Source: Silvanigrellaceae bacterium (GTDB lineage: Bacteria; Bdellovibrionota_B; Oligoflexia; Silvanigrellales; Silvanigrellaceae). From it: a stretch of DNA of 34,687 nucleotides. The stretch is taken from positions 1 through 34,687 of the forward strand of contig JBMSQQ010000032.1 in assembly GCA_049423385.1 (NCBI GenBank), written 5' to 3'. Numbering within the stretch: the stretch's first letter is position 1; each line of letters starts with the position of its first letter. Of the stretch, positions 25,597 through 34,345 are shown piece by piece. A program made the position numbers and the translations under genes. The notes beneath the pieces were generated by a model, which was given only the letters and a program-made list of their open reading frames with translations, was not told the origin of the DNA and did no database searches.

Positions 25597-27117
25597 TCAG
25601 CCTTTTGGAAACGCAACCCGAGGCCTTGAGACTTCGGCAATCTTTCCTGTTTGCCCTGTTGCCTCGGCAACGATCTGCGCGACACCCAAACGATAGTTGT
25701 CCTTGCTGACAACGCCCTGTCCCAGTGAACCACCCGCGGCATCCACCATCGAGCCGGCAGCAAAACCATCCGCACGGGCGTTTGTATCATTCAAAACCGT
25801 GGGAGCCATGAACGCACTGCGGTACGTTGACCTGAACTTGGGACCGCCGACAATTGTGACTGCGCTCAGGGTCCCGCTGTCGCCCATGTTCAAGTTTCTG
25901 GACAGCTCGGATTCGATTTCAATAACGTAACTCTTGCCAGCGTCCTTCAATCTCTTGATCAACATGTGCAAACCAATGGAAGTCTGCTGAATGGCATCGA
26001 GGGCATTCAATGTGCCCGCTTGAGCGATGTCGATATTGTTGCCATTGAGATCGATTGTATTCACACCAATCGCGAAGTTGGTGAACAATCCCGTGGAAGC
26101 AGCTCGACCAGCCAAAGCAAAGTAACCAATCGTCTCGGTCGTGCGACCGGCAGAGGTGGTCACTCCAGGTGCCCAGGTCTGCCCCTGGAAAACCCTGGCT
26201 TCTTGAAACGTGGCAACCTTGGTCTTCAGGTCGTTGATGCTATCTCGAACGTTCTTGCGAATTTTGGCAGCATCCTCGACACGTGGAGTCAAGCTGTCGA
26301 ATGCCACAGAAATACTCGACTCACTGCTCTTCTTGACGTAACCATCCGAAGCCAAAGCACCAATACCGTTGTTGAATTCGCTGATGAGCGATCCGCTCAT
26401 CGCCGTACCACCCGCATTTGCAATCACGTTGTTTCGTGTTCCCAATGCCACAATTCCCAACGGGCTTCTCAAAACTCCCTGCGTCTCAAGGAAGTAGTTG
26501 ATACAACCTTGCCCCATGCCGGAGACATTGCCAGCAAAGTTGATGTTGAAGGTCTGCTGATTATGCTGACCAACACCGGCAAGGCCCGTACCGCCAAACA
26601 CCTGATAATCGGCCAACATTGCAGAAGCCTCGGCATCACTCGCGGCAATTTCATTCGCTGTGTTCGCTATGACGTTTGTCGTTCCTTTTGCCATGCCGTC
26701 AATCGTGCCATTGTATATCATGTTCGAAACATACTCATTGAGCATGGCGGCACTGTGCTTTGGACGGCTTGAAACCTTGTCGAAGCCTGCATTCTGAAGA
26801 AAATTGCCCGCATTCGGCGCTTTGCCCATGATGGAGTTTGTTCCCACCTTCATGAAGTAGTTGCTGTTCATCCCCATATAAAACTTGACGTGAACAAACA
26901 CGATGTCGGACGCCGCCTGCTGCGCAAGTGCTCCGAAAACCCGGTCTGCGGCAGGGCCACCCCTGAATGCATTCAACATGTTCTGCACGGCATCGATTGT
27001 CCCGTAATGCGCCGGATTCAGAATCACGCTCGGGTCATATTTGACAACTGCAGCACCAACTCCACCCATCAGGGCAAATCGAAGTGCATCGCGGCGGTTC
27101 AATTTGTTGTTCGACAT
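25597..27117 (-). CDS. Tat-exported protein, divergent DUF1501-like
   Basis: MSNNKLNRRDALRF twin-arginine signal; IVFVHVKFYMGMN and IEIESELSRN...TIVGGP resemble DUF1501 N-terminal and SEFGR motifs. Confidence 0.65.
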   Translation of the reverse strand: MSNNKLNRRDALRFALMGGVGAAVVKYDPSVILNPAHYGTIDAVQNMLNAFRGGPAADRVFGALAQQAASDIVFVHVKFYMGMNSNYFMKVGTNSIMGKAPNAGNFLQNAGFDKVSSRPKHSAAMLNEYVSNMIYNGTIDGMAKGTTNVIANTANEIAASDAEASAMLADYQVFGGTGLAGVGQHNQQTFNINFAGNVSGMGQGCINYFLETQGVLRSPLGIVALGTRNNVIANAGGTAMSGSLISEFNNGIGALASDGYVKKSSESSISVAFDSLTPRVEDAAKIRKNVRDSINDLKTKVATFQEARVFQGQTWAPGVTTSAGRTTETIGYFALAGRAASTGLFTNFAIGVNTIDLNGNNIDIAQAGTLNALDAIQQTSIGLHMLIKRLKDAGKSYVIEIESELSRNLNMGDSGTLSAVTIVGGPKFRSTYRSAFMAPTVLNDTNARADGFAAGSMVDAAGGSLGQGVVSKDNYRLGVAQIVAEATGQTGKIAEVSRPRVAFPKG

Positions 27118-27164
27118 TGGGCTCCCCCTTCATTCCTCGTTTCGAAAAAAATTAAAAAACAATC

Positions 27165-27899
27165 TCAACGTTCAGATTTCAAAAACAGCCAGGATCCAAG
27201 GAAACTTGCCAATGCGACACGGCTGTTCAAATCCTTCTCCGCCTGGGTTGCACCGGTGGAACAAGCCTCGGCCATTTTCTGTGGCATTGTTTTGCCTTCG
27301 AATTGGGTGGAGAGCTGATCCGACGTGAGTGTGGGCACGCACCGCATCATCAAGGCTTTCGCCGCTTCGGGAGTTGCGCAGTAGGCCTTCGAGGTTGGTG
27401 TCGTCACATCAGCATTGTGCGCCACAACTTCAGCAACAAGTGTGGCCGCGTTCAAATAAACAACCGATGGCTCTGGTGCTGATGCTGTTTCGCGACCCTC
27501 TGCGTTCGGGTCAAAAAGGTCGACTTTTTTGGCATCGATGACGTTCGTATTGGCAGCCAATGAGTTGGCCAAGATGAATCGCATCTTACCAGCTGTGGGT
27601 GCCGTGGTTCCCGCTTGAATGGCATCTGCAGGAATAACCAAATTGGCATCAACGCAAGCCAGAGTTCCACGCAACAATTCAGAGTCCTTCACGCGAAATT
27701 TTTCGCCCGTCAGATTGCGTGTCTCATTGACGGACTGATTGCTCAGGACTGACTTCATTGCGTCGTCGTGCGCTTTTTTTGCCTCGACATTTGCCGGCTT
27801 CGCCACACCACTTTCGGATACAAATTTTCCCGAACAGGCAGCGAAAGCAAAGAGACTCATGGTCACTAAAAATTGATTCTTCCTCTTCATACCGACCAT
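27165..27899 (-). CDS. hypothetical lipoprotein
   Basis: lipobox FAAC; four further Cys; C-terminal ALASFLGSWLFL helix; AGGAGG RBS 9 nt before ATG 27899. Confidence 0.75.
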   Translation of the reverse strand: MVGMKRKNQFLVTMSLFAFAACSGKFVSESGVAKPANVEAKKAHDDAMKSVLSNQSVNETRNLTGEKFRVKDSELLRGTLACVDANLVIPADAIQAGTTAPTAGKMRFILANSLAANTNVIDAKKVDLFDPNAEGRETASAPEPSVVYLNAATLVAEVVAHNADVTTPTSKAYCATPEAAKALMMRCVPTLTSDQLSTQFEGKTMPQKMAEACSTGATQAEKDLNSRVALASFLGSWLFLKSER

Positions 27900-27903
27900 C
27901 TTT

Positions 27904-29835
27904 CTATTCCTCCTGGCATGCAAAAGTCTCGGTTGCCACATAAGCGATAATCATGTCGATGAGTTTTCCGTTGTTCGCCACCGAAGCCTTGTTGACTTCC
28001 ATGATGACTTCCTGGTTTGTCAGCTGTGTTCTTGCGATGGCTTTTGGAATCATTCGGGCGAGTCCACGCGCAACGTTTGCCTGTGAACCCACAACAAATT
28101 CGGACATTTCCTTGATTGTTGAAACCTGCTTCACTGTCTTCGAATCAACAGGTATGCATGTACCTGAACCATCGCTTGCCTCAGTCAGCAATTCCTTCAA
28201 GAACTGAACGGTGACGGGCGAAGTCTTGTCGAGGGTTGCATCGCGCGCCTTCTGTGCGGGTGCCTCTGACGCAAAACGGGCCTGGCCATTGTCATAGTTT
28301 GCCTTGTCATTCTTTATTGCTTCGATAACTTCGTCGCGGTAAGGATTGTTCGCGACACCTGGGCAAGGATTTGCCGCGGTCGGCGTTCCGCATGCCGCAT
28401 CGAGTGTCGCCGCGTTGATTTTTTCTCCAAACTTGCCAAAGGTTCGATAGATTTTCGATCCTGCTGCAAGTCCCCTGCGCACATGACATCCTTGACACAC
28501 GTTTCCAAAACCAGGAACAGTCAGCGAGCCGAAGGGACCCGTCAATGGCTCATCAACTCCGGCGACAGCTTTTGTGTTCACCCTTCCACGTGCATCCTTC
28601 GAGGATGTGGTCAAACACTCGGGAAGGCCATTGACGGTGGTACCCACAGGACCGTTTGTTTGCGGCAACAGTGCCTCACCGGATGCAACAATAAACATCG
28701 CCCCGGCACGTCCGTAGTTGTTGTTGTTCTCGAGAAAAGAAGATGGTTTGGCACGTAAAAAACCAACTGTTCCAAAATAATTGGCACGATCCGGAGACAG
28801 TGTGCATTCTGCCCATATTGCAGGCGCAACCGGTGCCGTGCACCCGGTGTACAGCGGAGCTGTGCGTGTGGTCACCATGACCTTGTCCATCAGCAGAATG
28901 TCTCTGTATGGAACGTCTTTGTAATATTTCAAGAGAAGTTGATAAAATTCATCCTTGAGATCGGTTTGCACGGCATTCCGGTTTGCCACGGCTCCATCAA
29001 TTTGTGCCGGATTGATTTTTGCGGCATCTGCAACTTTTGTAGCAAAACTCTTCAAACCTTTTTGTTCAAATTCGGAAACAGAAGCGGGATCATTTTTGAT
29101 GCGGCTCGCAATAGCAAGTCTTTCATCGAGACTCAAAGGCATATCCTTCTTGTCGCCCAGCAAAGCCAATTCAGCATCATTCGGATTGCGGTTGTAAAGC
29201 GATGAAGTCAGTTTTGTCAGATAAGAGGTTCCGGTCCGGAGTGATGCGCACTTGTAATTCAGGGACACAGTGACGTCGTTCTCGGCCTTGATTGCGGAAG
29301 ACCCGGACTTCTCGTCCTTTGGATAAAGGGAATCAGCATCTTTAACCACACCGACCATGCGTTCTGCAAACCATTTGATTGCGCGAGCTGCGTCCTGTTT
29401 CGCTTTCGGATTTGCGCTGAAATCGACACTCAAAGGCATCGCGGAAGGAGATGCACCTTCGTTTCCGTCGAACTTGTTCACAATCGCCTGATAAGCTTTG
29501 GTGATACCTTCGACTCCCTCGAGGGAAGCAATGGATATTTTGTCTTTTGCCGGCATCGACCAGTTCGACTTGTAGGCACCATCGGGGCCATGGCAGGATC
29601 CACAGGTGTTCCAGAGATAATCGAAAGCCTCAGTGTCACTGAAGGGCTTCACCTGCGTCAAAGCAACCGTCTGATCATCACCCTTGGCTTCAGGGCCTGA
29701 TGTTCTTTTCGGTCCCCACTTGTTGATTGTCACATTGCCATTCTGGACTGCGTTGCTGCAGGCAACAGGGGTCATCCCCGCAACAAAAGCGGACAACACA
29801 AAGAACACCGACATGTTCCGGTAAGTGTTTCGCAT
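27904..29835 (-). CDS. diheme c-type cytochrome lipoprotein, DUF1588/DUF1585 (PSD)-like architecture
   Basis: lipobox PVAC; CGSCH (29590-29604) with distal AMP; LYNRNPNDAE; CQGCH (28483-28497) followed by YRTFGKFGE; C-terminal NNGKLIDMIIAYVATETF. Confidence 0.75.
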   Translation of the reverse strand: MRNTYRNMSVFFVLSAFVAGMTPVACSNAVQNGNVTINKWGPKRTSGPEAKGDDQTVALTQVKPFSDTEAFDYLWNTCGSCHGPDGAYKSNWSMPAKDKISIASLEGVEGITKAYQAIVNKFDGNEGASPSAMPLSVDFSANPKAKQDAARAIKWFAERMVGVVKDADSLYPKDEKSGSSAIKAENDVTVSLNYKCASLRTGTSYLTKLTSSLYNRNPNDAELALLGDKKDMPLSLDERLAIASRIKNDPASVSEFEQKGLKSFATKVADAAKINPAQIDGAVANRNAVQTDLKDEFYQLLLKYYKDVPYRDILLMDKVMVTTRTAPLYTGCTAPVAPAIWAECTLSPDRANYFGTVGFLRAKPSSFLENNNNYGRAGAMFIVASGEALLPQTNGPVGTTVNGLPECLTTSSKDARGRVNTKAVAGVDEPLTGPFGSLTVPGFGNVCQGCHVRRGLAAGSKIYRTFGKFGEKINAATLDAACGTPTAANPCPGVANNPYRDEVIEAIKNDKANYDNGQARFASEAPAQKARDATLDKTSPVTVQFLKELLTEASDGSGTCIPVDSKTVKQVSTIKEMSEFVVGSQANVARGLARMIPKAIARTQLTNQEVIMEVNKASVANNGKLIDMIIAYVATETFACQEE

Positions 29836-29870
29836 CTTTCCCCCGAACCTCAAATCCTGCTTAAGTGCTG

Positions 29871-29898
29871 ATATCGGCCGGAAAGTTCAATTTATTTA
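29871..29898 (-). promoter_or_regulatory. putative sigma28 (FliA)-type promoter
   Basis: minus strand TAAA-N16-GCCGATAT, upstream of the three-gene cytochrome/Tat operon. Confidence 0.5.
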
Positions 29899-29913
29899 CA
29901 ATTTTCTTCAAAA

Positions 29914-29927
29914 GTGATCCAAGTCAC
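29914..29927. promoter_or_regulatory. CRP/FNR-family-like palindrome
   Basis: GTGA-TCCAAG-TCAC in an AT-rich intergenic region. Confidence 0.35.
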
Positions 29928-30015
29928 CGAAAACGAACAATATTCTTTTAAACAAATTGGGGAAAACCAGGTAAAAAACCGATTAAAACCCTGTTGGATT
30001 CAACTTTGTGAAACG

Positions 30016-30031
30016 GCCCGACCTGACGGGC
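30016..30031 (-). terminator. possible weak terminator hairpin
   Basis: GCCCG-N6-CGGGC followed by CGTTT on the minus strand, downstream of the diheme cytochrome gene. Confidence 0.3.
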
Positions 30032-30054
30032 AGATTCAGGGGCTTTAACAGGAT

Positions 30055-30756
30055 TTACTTGTATAAAATCGCATGGTCGGCTTCTGCTTTGCTCACGTCG
30101 TAACCGGGCTGTGGAGTCATGCCGCCTTTTCCGGTGTCGGCTTTTCCGTTGCTGATAACGTCCTTGAATTCATCGAGCGTGAATGGATTGGCCCCCAACC
30201 TTGGAGCATATCCCGATTTGCCATCGGCACCGTGACATCCACCGCAGGTCGACTTGAAGGAATCAGACAAGTTGCTCGCAACAACCGGAATTTTTGGAGT
30301 GATGTACGCAAGAAGAGCCTTTTTCTCGGTTTCATCGAGTGGCGTGGCATAAGTGGGTGGCATGGGAATGTTGTCTTTTCCGCAGGTGCTCTCGATGCAC
30401 TTCTTCACCGATGGCAGAAGTGGATTCAATCCATCAAAGAACTCTTCCCGGGCAATGAAATTCAAACCAAACAAGGGGTTCTGATCATTTTGCAAGGGCG
30501 GTACATTTTCCGGCTTGTACCAAGGGTTGGCTTGTGTGTGGCAGGTTGCACATTTCTTTTCCACAAGCTCAGATATCCCCTCATTCCAGGCGGGTTTTTC
30601 GGCATCCGGAATTCCGTAGTAATAATCGCCTGTGCTGCCGAAATCGTAAGAAGTGCAGCCGTTCACCAGCAGAAACGCCAAGCACATGAAACAGTCGGAA
30701 ATCGCAATTTTCAAACGATTCATCTTGCAATGTCCCGACGACAATCCCACTTTCAT
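30055..30756 (-). CDS. diheme c-type cytochrome lipoprotein
   Basis: lipobox VNGC; CATCH (30538-30552)...MPP and CGGCH (30232-30246)...MTP; alternative start 30723. Confidence 0.85.
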   Translation of the reverse strand: MKVGLSSGHCKMNRLKIAISDCFMCLAFLLVNGCTSYDFGSTGDYYYGIPDAEKPAWNEGISELVEKKCATCHTQANPWYKPENVPPLQNDQNPLFGLNFIAREEFFDGLNPLLPSVKKCIESTCGKDNIPMPPTYATPLDETEKKALLAYITPKIPVVASNLSDSFKSTCGGCHGADGKSGYAPRLGANPFTLDEFKDVISNGKADTGKGGMTPQPGYDVSKAEADHAILYK

Positions 30757-31733
30757 CTGGAACTCCCGTTGCGTTTTTTACGCAGTCGCTTTTTGGGTTC
30801 AGAAGATTCTTCAAATGAATTTCGACCCGCAGAACCACCAGCGGGTTTTCCAAAACTCCACTGGTAAATCAGGCTCGCCCTGGGCATGGCCAATCGATTG
30901 GGTACCAGATATTCCGAGAGCGCAACATGGAGTGATCTTTTGAACAAGGAAAATCCAACAGTCATCTGCAAGGCCAACGGAACCTGCGCATCGGACATCG
31001 AATCGTCGCGAACAAATTTGGTCTTCTCGGCACCGATGTCGAAAGTGGAAGTTCCTCTTCGAAAGATCAACATTCCATTTGCCCAAAACGGAGTCTTGCG
31101 AAACTGGACACCCTGCGAAAGATAAAACAACGTCATCTTTGCATCAAATGAATCCTGGGCATCTGCTGCCGTGATGCTGCCATTCAGGTTCGCACGTCCA
31201 AATTGTCCGCCAACGCCCGAGATGGTCAGCAAATCCGACAGCCTGAAATAAAACTCACTGCTCAAACCAAAAATGTAATGGGTCATTGATGCATTGACAC
31301 CGATTGTCTTCGCCATTGATTTTGAAAGCGGCAACAATCCGCCCCAAGCTGTTCCCATCAACGTGCCTCTGCCGTCCTTGACCATCGGCAACCCGCCTGC
31401 GAATGTCGGGACCGTGTGAAAAGGTGCGGCAGGAACTTTTTCCGATTTCGCTCCGACCTTGGGGTTCACCTTTGGCAAAAAACTTGTCAACAGTCGAAAC
31501 TCGACAAAGGGAGCGAGAGGAACAGGTTCGGAAACGGGTGGGCCATCCAACAACGCAGCACTCACCAATTGAAGTCTTTCGGCTTGCTCATACCACCAAG
31601 TTGCAGCTTCGACTTTTCTCACCGGAACAAGAATTGCTGCCGGCAACAAAGACCAGAGATAAATATTTTTCCAGGCAATCATCGAGCGCCTCCGCAACCC
31701 AAAATTCATATCAAAACGAAGGCTCGAGAACAA
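30753..31733 (-). CDS. exported protein, probable outer-membrane beta-barrel
   Basis: signal-like segment ending VEA; alternating amphipathic strands rich in G/F/Y/W; RASLIYQWSF last strand followed by a basic tail; start uncertain (31733, 31709 or 31682). Confidence 0.55.
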   Translation of the reverse strand: MFSSLRFDMNFGLRRRSMIAWKNIYLWSLLPAAILVPVRKVEAATWWYEQAERLQLVSAALLDGPPVSEPVPLAPFVEFRLLTSFLPKVNPKVGAKSEKVPAAPFHTVPTFAGGLPMVKDGRGTLMGTAWGGLLPLSKSMAKTIGVNASMTHYIFGLSSEFYFRLSDLLTISGVGGQFGRANLNGSITAADAQDSFDAKMTLFYLSQGVQFRKTPFWANGMLIFRRGTSTFDIGAEKTKFVRDDSMSDAQVPLALQMTVGFSLFKRSLHVALSEYLVPNRLAMPRASLIYQWSFGKPAGGSAGRNSFEESSEPKKRLRKKRNGSSR

Positions 31734-31736
31734 ACT

Positions 31737-33002
31737 TCAAACCATCAAGAGTTTTGAAATCAACACCGACCAGGAATCTCCGCGCATTTTTTCGGAGGAG
31801 GAAAGCATGAGATGAGAAGTGTCTTTTACCATCAAACTCTCGCTGCAGGCTCTCTGAATGCGCGGATCTTGCCAAAATGCATTGAGGACATCCTTGGGGA
31901 AAACAGAATCCAACCACATCAAGGGAATTCCTTTTTGGGTGCGCAACAAAGTCATCAATAGTTCCTGCAATACCTCATTTCGGGTTCTTGATGACTCGGA
32001 ATATTCAATTTCAAAAAGCTCATTCGGCCGAATTTTGAAATTCAGGTCATCATCGCCGGTCGCACTTCGTGGAGGTATCACGCCCACGTGATACCGACGA
32101 CCGAAAGGATGTTCACGACTGCCCGGCAAGAGTCCATGCGCCCCGGTTCCGAGCCCAAGATACGGGAGTCCATACCAATAGAGTCGATTGTGAATTGCTG
32201 GTCGTCTTGAAAAATTGCTGGTCTCAAATTGCGTGAAGCCTTCGCTCGAGCATGCCTCACACAATTGCTGATATTCACCGACTGCACTTTCATCTGTTGC
32301 AGGGTGCTCCCTGAAAAACGCCGTCGACTGCTCGATTGTCAACAAGTAGCAGGAAACCCCTGTCGCACCCTTTTGGGCCAATTGAGAAATTTCACTGCGA
32401 AGGTTGCGACCCGAAAATTCCGATCTGAGACCGAAAATGAGGTCGACCTGAACATCCTTGATTCCTGCCTCATGGGCTGAATCGAGGCTGGCGAAAACAT
32501 CATCGCGTGAATGCTTGCGGCCAAGATATTTCAGCACTTCGGCATCCAGTGACTGCGCGCCCAAAGTGATTCGGGTCACTCCCAAATCTGACCATTGCCG
32601 AAACATTCCTGAGGAATTTGAATAAGGATTGGTCTCGACGGTGAATTCCTCGAGGTCAAAGCGATTGCGAATCTTTTTTATCAGCGCATTGTAGTACGAT
32701 GCGGGAAAAAGTCCGGGAGTACCGCCACCAAAATACAACGTGGCCATTTTAAACGAGTCTGGAACATCGGCAACCATCATTTCGAATTGTTGTTCCAACG
32801 CCGCGAAATAGATTTCCACATCCTTTCGCGTAAAGCGTGCAGTCTTCACAAAGTCGCAGTAGGGACAAATGTGAGGACAAAACGGAACATGCACGTAAAT
32901 TCCCAATCGGGATTGCGCAGCAAAATCTGCGGCCAATCCAGAATCCCGAAAAAAACGCTCCGACAAAAGCTCGCTGTCAGCAATCACCACAATGCGGATC
33001 AA
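31737..33002 (-). CDS. hemW: radical SAM heme chaperone HemW (HemN-like)
   Basis: YVHVPFCPHICPYCDF, FGGGTP, DLIFGL, ETSNFS, HNRLYW (HNxxYW is diagnostic for HemW), YLGLGTGAH. Confidence 0.9.
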   Translation of the reverse strand: MIRIVVIADSELLSERFFRDSGLAADFAAQSRLGIYVHVPFCPHICPYCDFVKTARFTRKDVEIYFAALEQQFEMMVADVPDSFKMATLYFGGGTPGLFPASYYNALIKKIRNRFDLEEFTVETNPYSNSSGMFRQWSDLGVTRITLGAQSLDAEVLKYLGRKHSRDDVFASLDSAHEAGIKDVQVDLIFGLRSEFSGRNLRSEISQLAQKGATGVSCYLLTIEQSTAFFREHPATDESAVGEYQQLCEACSSEGFTQFETSNFSRRPAIHNRLYWYGLPYLGLGTGAHGLLPGSREHPFGRRYHVGVIPPRSATGDDDLNFKIRPNELFEIEYSESSRTRNEVLQELLMTLLRTQKGIPLMWLDSVFPKDVLNAFWQDPRIQRACSESLMVKDTSHLMLSSSEKMRGDSWSVLISKLLMV

Positions 33003-34345
33003 TCCTCACAGGTGATGGACAATGCAGAAACCGCAATCGCAGGACAAACCCCACCTCCCGCGCGCTCGTGTTTTGAATCCACATCCGTGATGGTCTTGAG
33101 CAAGGTCAGAATATCGCCGGCAACCGTGACCCCTTCCAGGCTCGTGCGTTTGCCGTCCTTGATTCTGAAACCCTGAAAAGGCAGCGAAAAGGAACCCTGC
33201 AAAGAATTCACACCTGCATGCAGGGCTTCGAGATCATCGACCCAAATGCAATCGGCTGAAACGCTTCCCAAACCATCTCCACACGCTACATTATAAAACC
33301 AAGGCCCAACAGACATCTTGGCGCCAACGCGGGCATGACCTGTCGAATGTGTTCCGAACGCCTTGGCCGTGACGGAATGATGCCAAAGCCCCTTGAGCAC
33401 GCCTTTTTCGAGCAATACAGTTGGTCGAACCGCGGTGCCCTCACCATCAAACAACGCCGGTGCAATATTCTCCGGATGCAGAGGGTCATCAATCACGCTC
33501 AGTTTTGAACTGAACAACATCTGTCCCAGCGAATCTCTCGTGTGCAAGGACTGCTTGTCGAGAATATTTTGTGCACTGAAGAGATTTCCGAACGCACCGA
33601 GCAAATCCAAAAATGCGCGGCCCGAGAAAATTACAGGATACTGACCCGAAGAGATTTTGCCTGGTTTGAGCTGCGCAACCAGGTTTTCACCTGCAATGCG
33701 TGCAATCTCTGTCATTTCCAATTTCGCCAATGAAACTTCTTCTCCCCAATGACCTGCAGCGCGTGGTTTGTGTCCCTCTGATTGGCCGCGTGCATAGAGG
33801 TAAGAAGAAACGGAATGGCTCTCTTGTGTTCGAATGAGACCAGCTGTGTTGGCATAAAAGCGGGACACATGACGTTGCGAGATTGCGTTATAAGGCACAC
33901 CCTGAATATCGGAATGAAAAGACTTGAGCTGCGCAACACTCGTCTGAATTTTTTCAGCAAGTTCATCAATCGATGCACTTGCTGCGGAAGCAGATTCCCT
34001 TGCAGTCGGGGCATCAGGAAGAGTTCCCGCAAGGGCGCTGTCGGGCAAAACGGGAATATCTTCGGCGGGACCAAGAACCGCCGCCTCCAATGCCAAATCC
34101 ACAGCGGCCAACAACTCATTGACTTCCAGTGAGGTCAGTTGAACGACTCCCAGACGACCTTGCGGATTCCAAACCCGAAGTGTGACGCCAGTACGTTGCG
34201 AGGCGCTCTGATCGAGGGTTCCGGATTCCTTCACCTTGACTGTTTGGTCTGAAACTCCGCTTCCCGACAAATCACACTGAATGCCAGGGCGAGCAGCCTG
34301 AATTTTCTTGAGCAAGTTTTCAATCTGCAAAGTTGTCATCATCAT
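32999..34345 (-). CDS. pmbA: TldE/PmbA family protein
   Basis: [39 protein letters not shown] overlap with tldD. Confidence 0.9.
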   Translation of the reverse strand: MMMTTLQIENLLKKIQAARPGIQCDLSGSGVSDQTVKVKESGTLDQSASQRTGVTLRVWNPQGRLGVVQLTSLEVNELLAAVDLALEAAVLGPAEDIPVLPDSALAGTLPDAPTARESASAASASIDELAEKIQTSVAQLKSFHSDIQGVPYNAISQRHVSRFYANTAGLIRTQESHSVSSYLYARGQSEGHKPRAAGHWGEEVSLAKLEMTEIARIAGENLVAQLKPGKISSGQYPVIFSGRAFLDLLGAFGNLFSAQNILDKQSLHTRDSLGQMLFSSKLSVIDDPLHPENIAPALFDGEGTAVRPTVLLEKGVLKGLWHHSVTAKAFGTHSTGHARVGAKMSVGPWFYNVACGDGLGSVSADCIWVDDLEALHAGVNSLQGSFSLPFQGFRIKDGKRTSLEGVTVAGDILTLLKTITDVDSKHERAGGGVCPAIAVSALSITCED

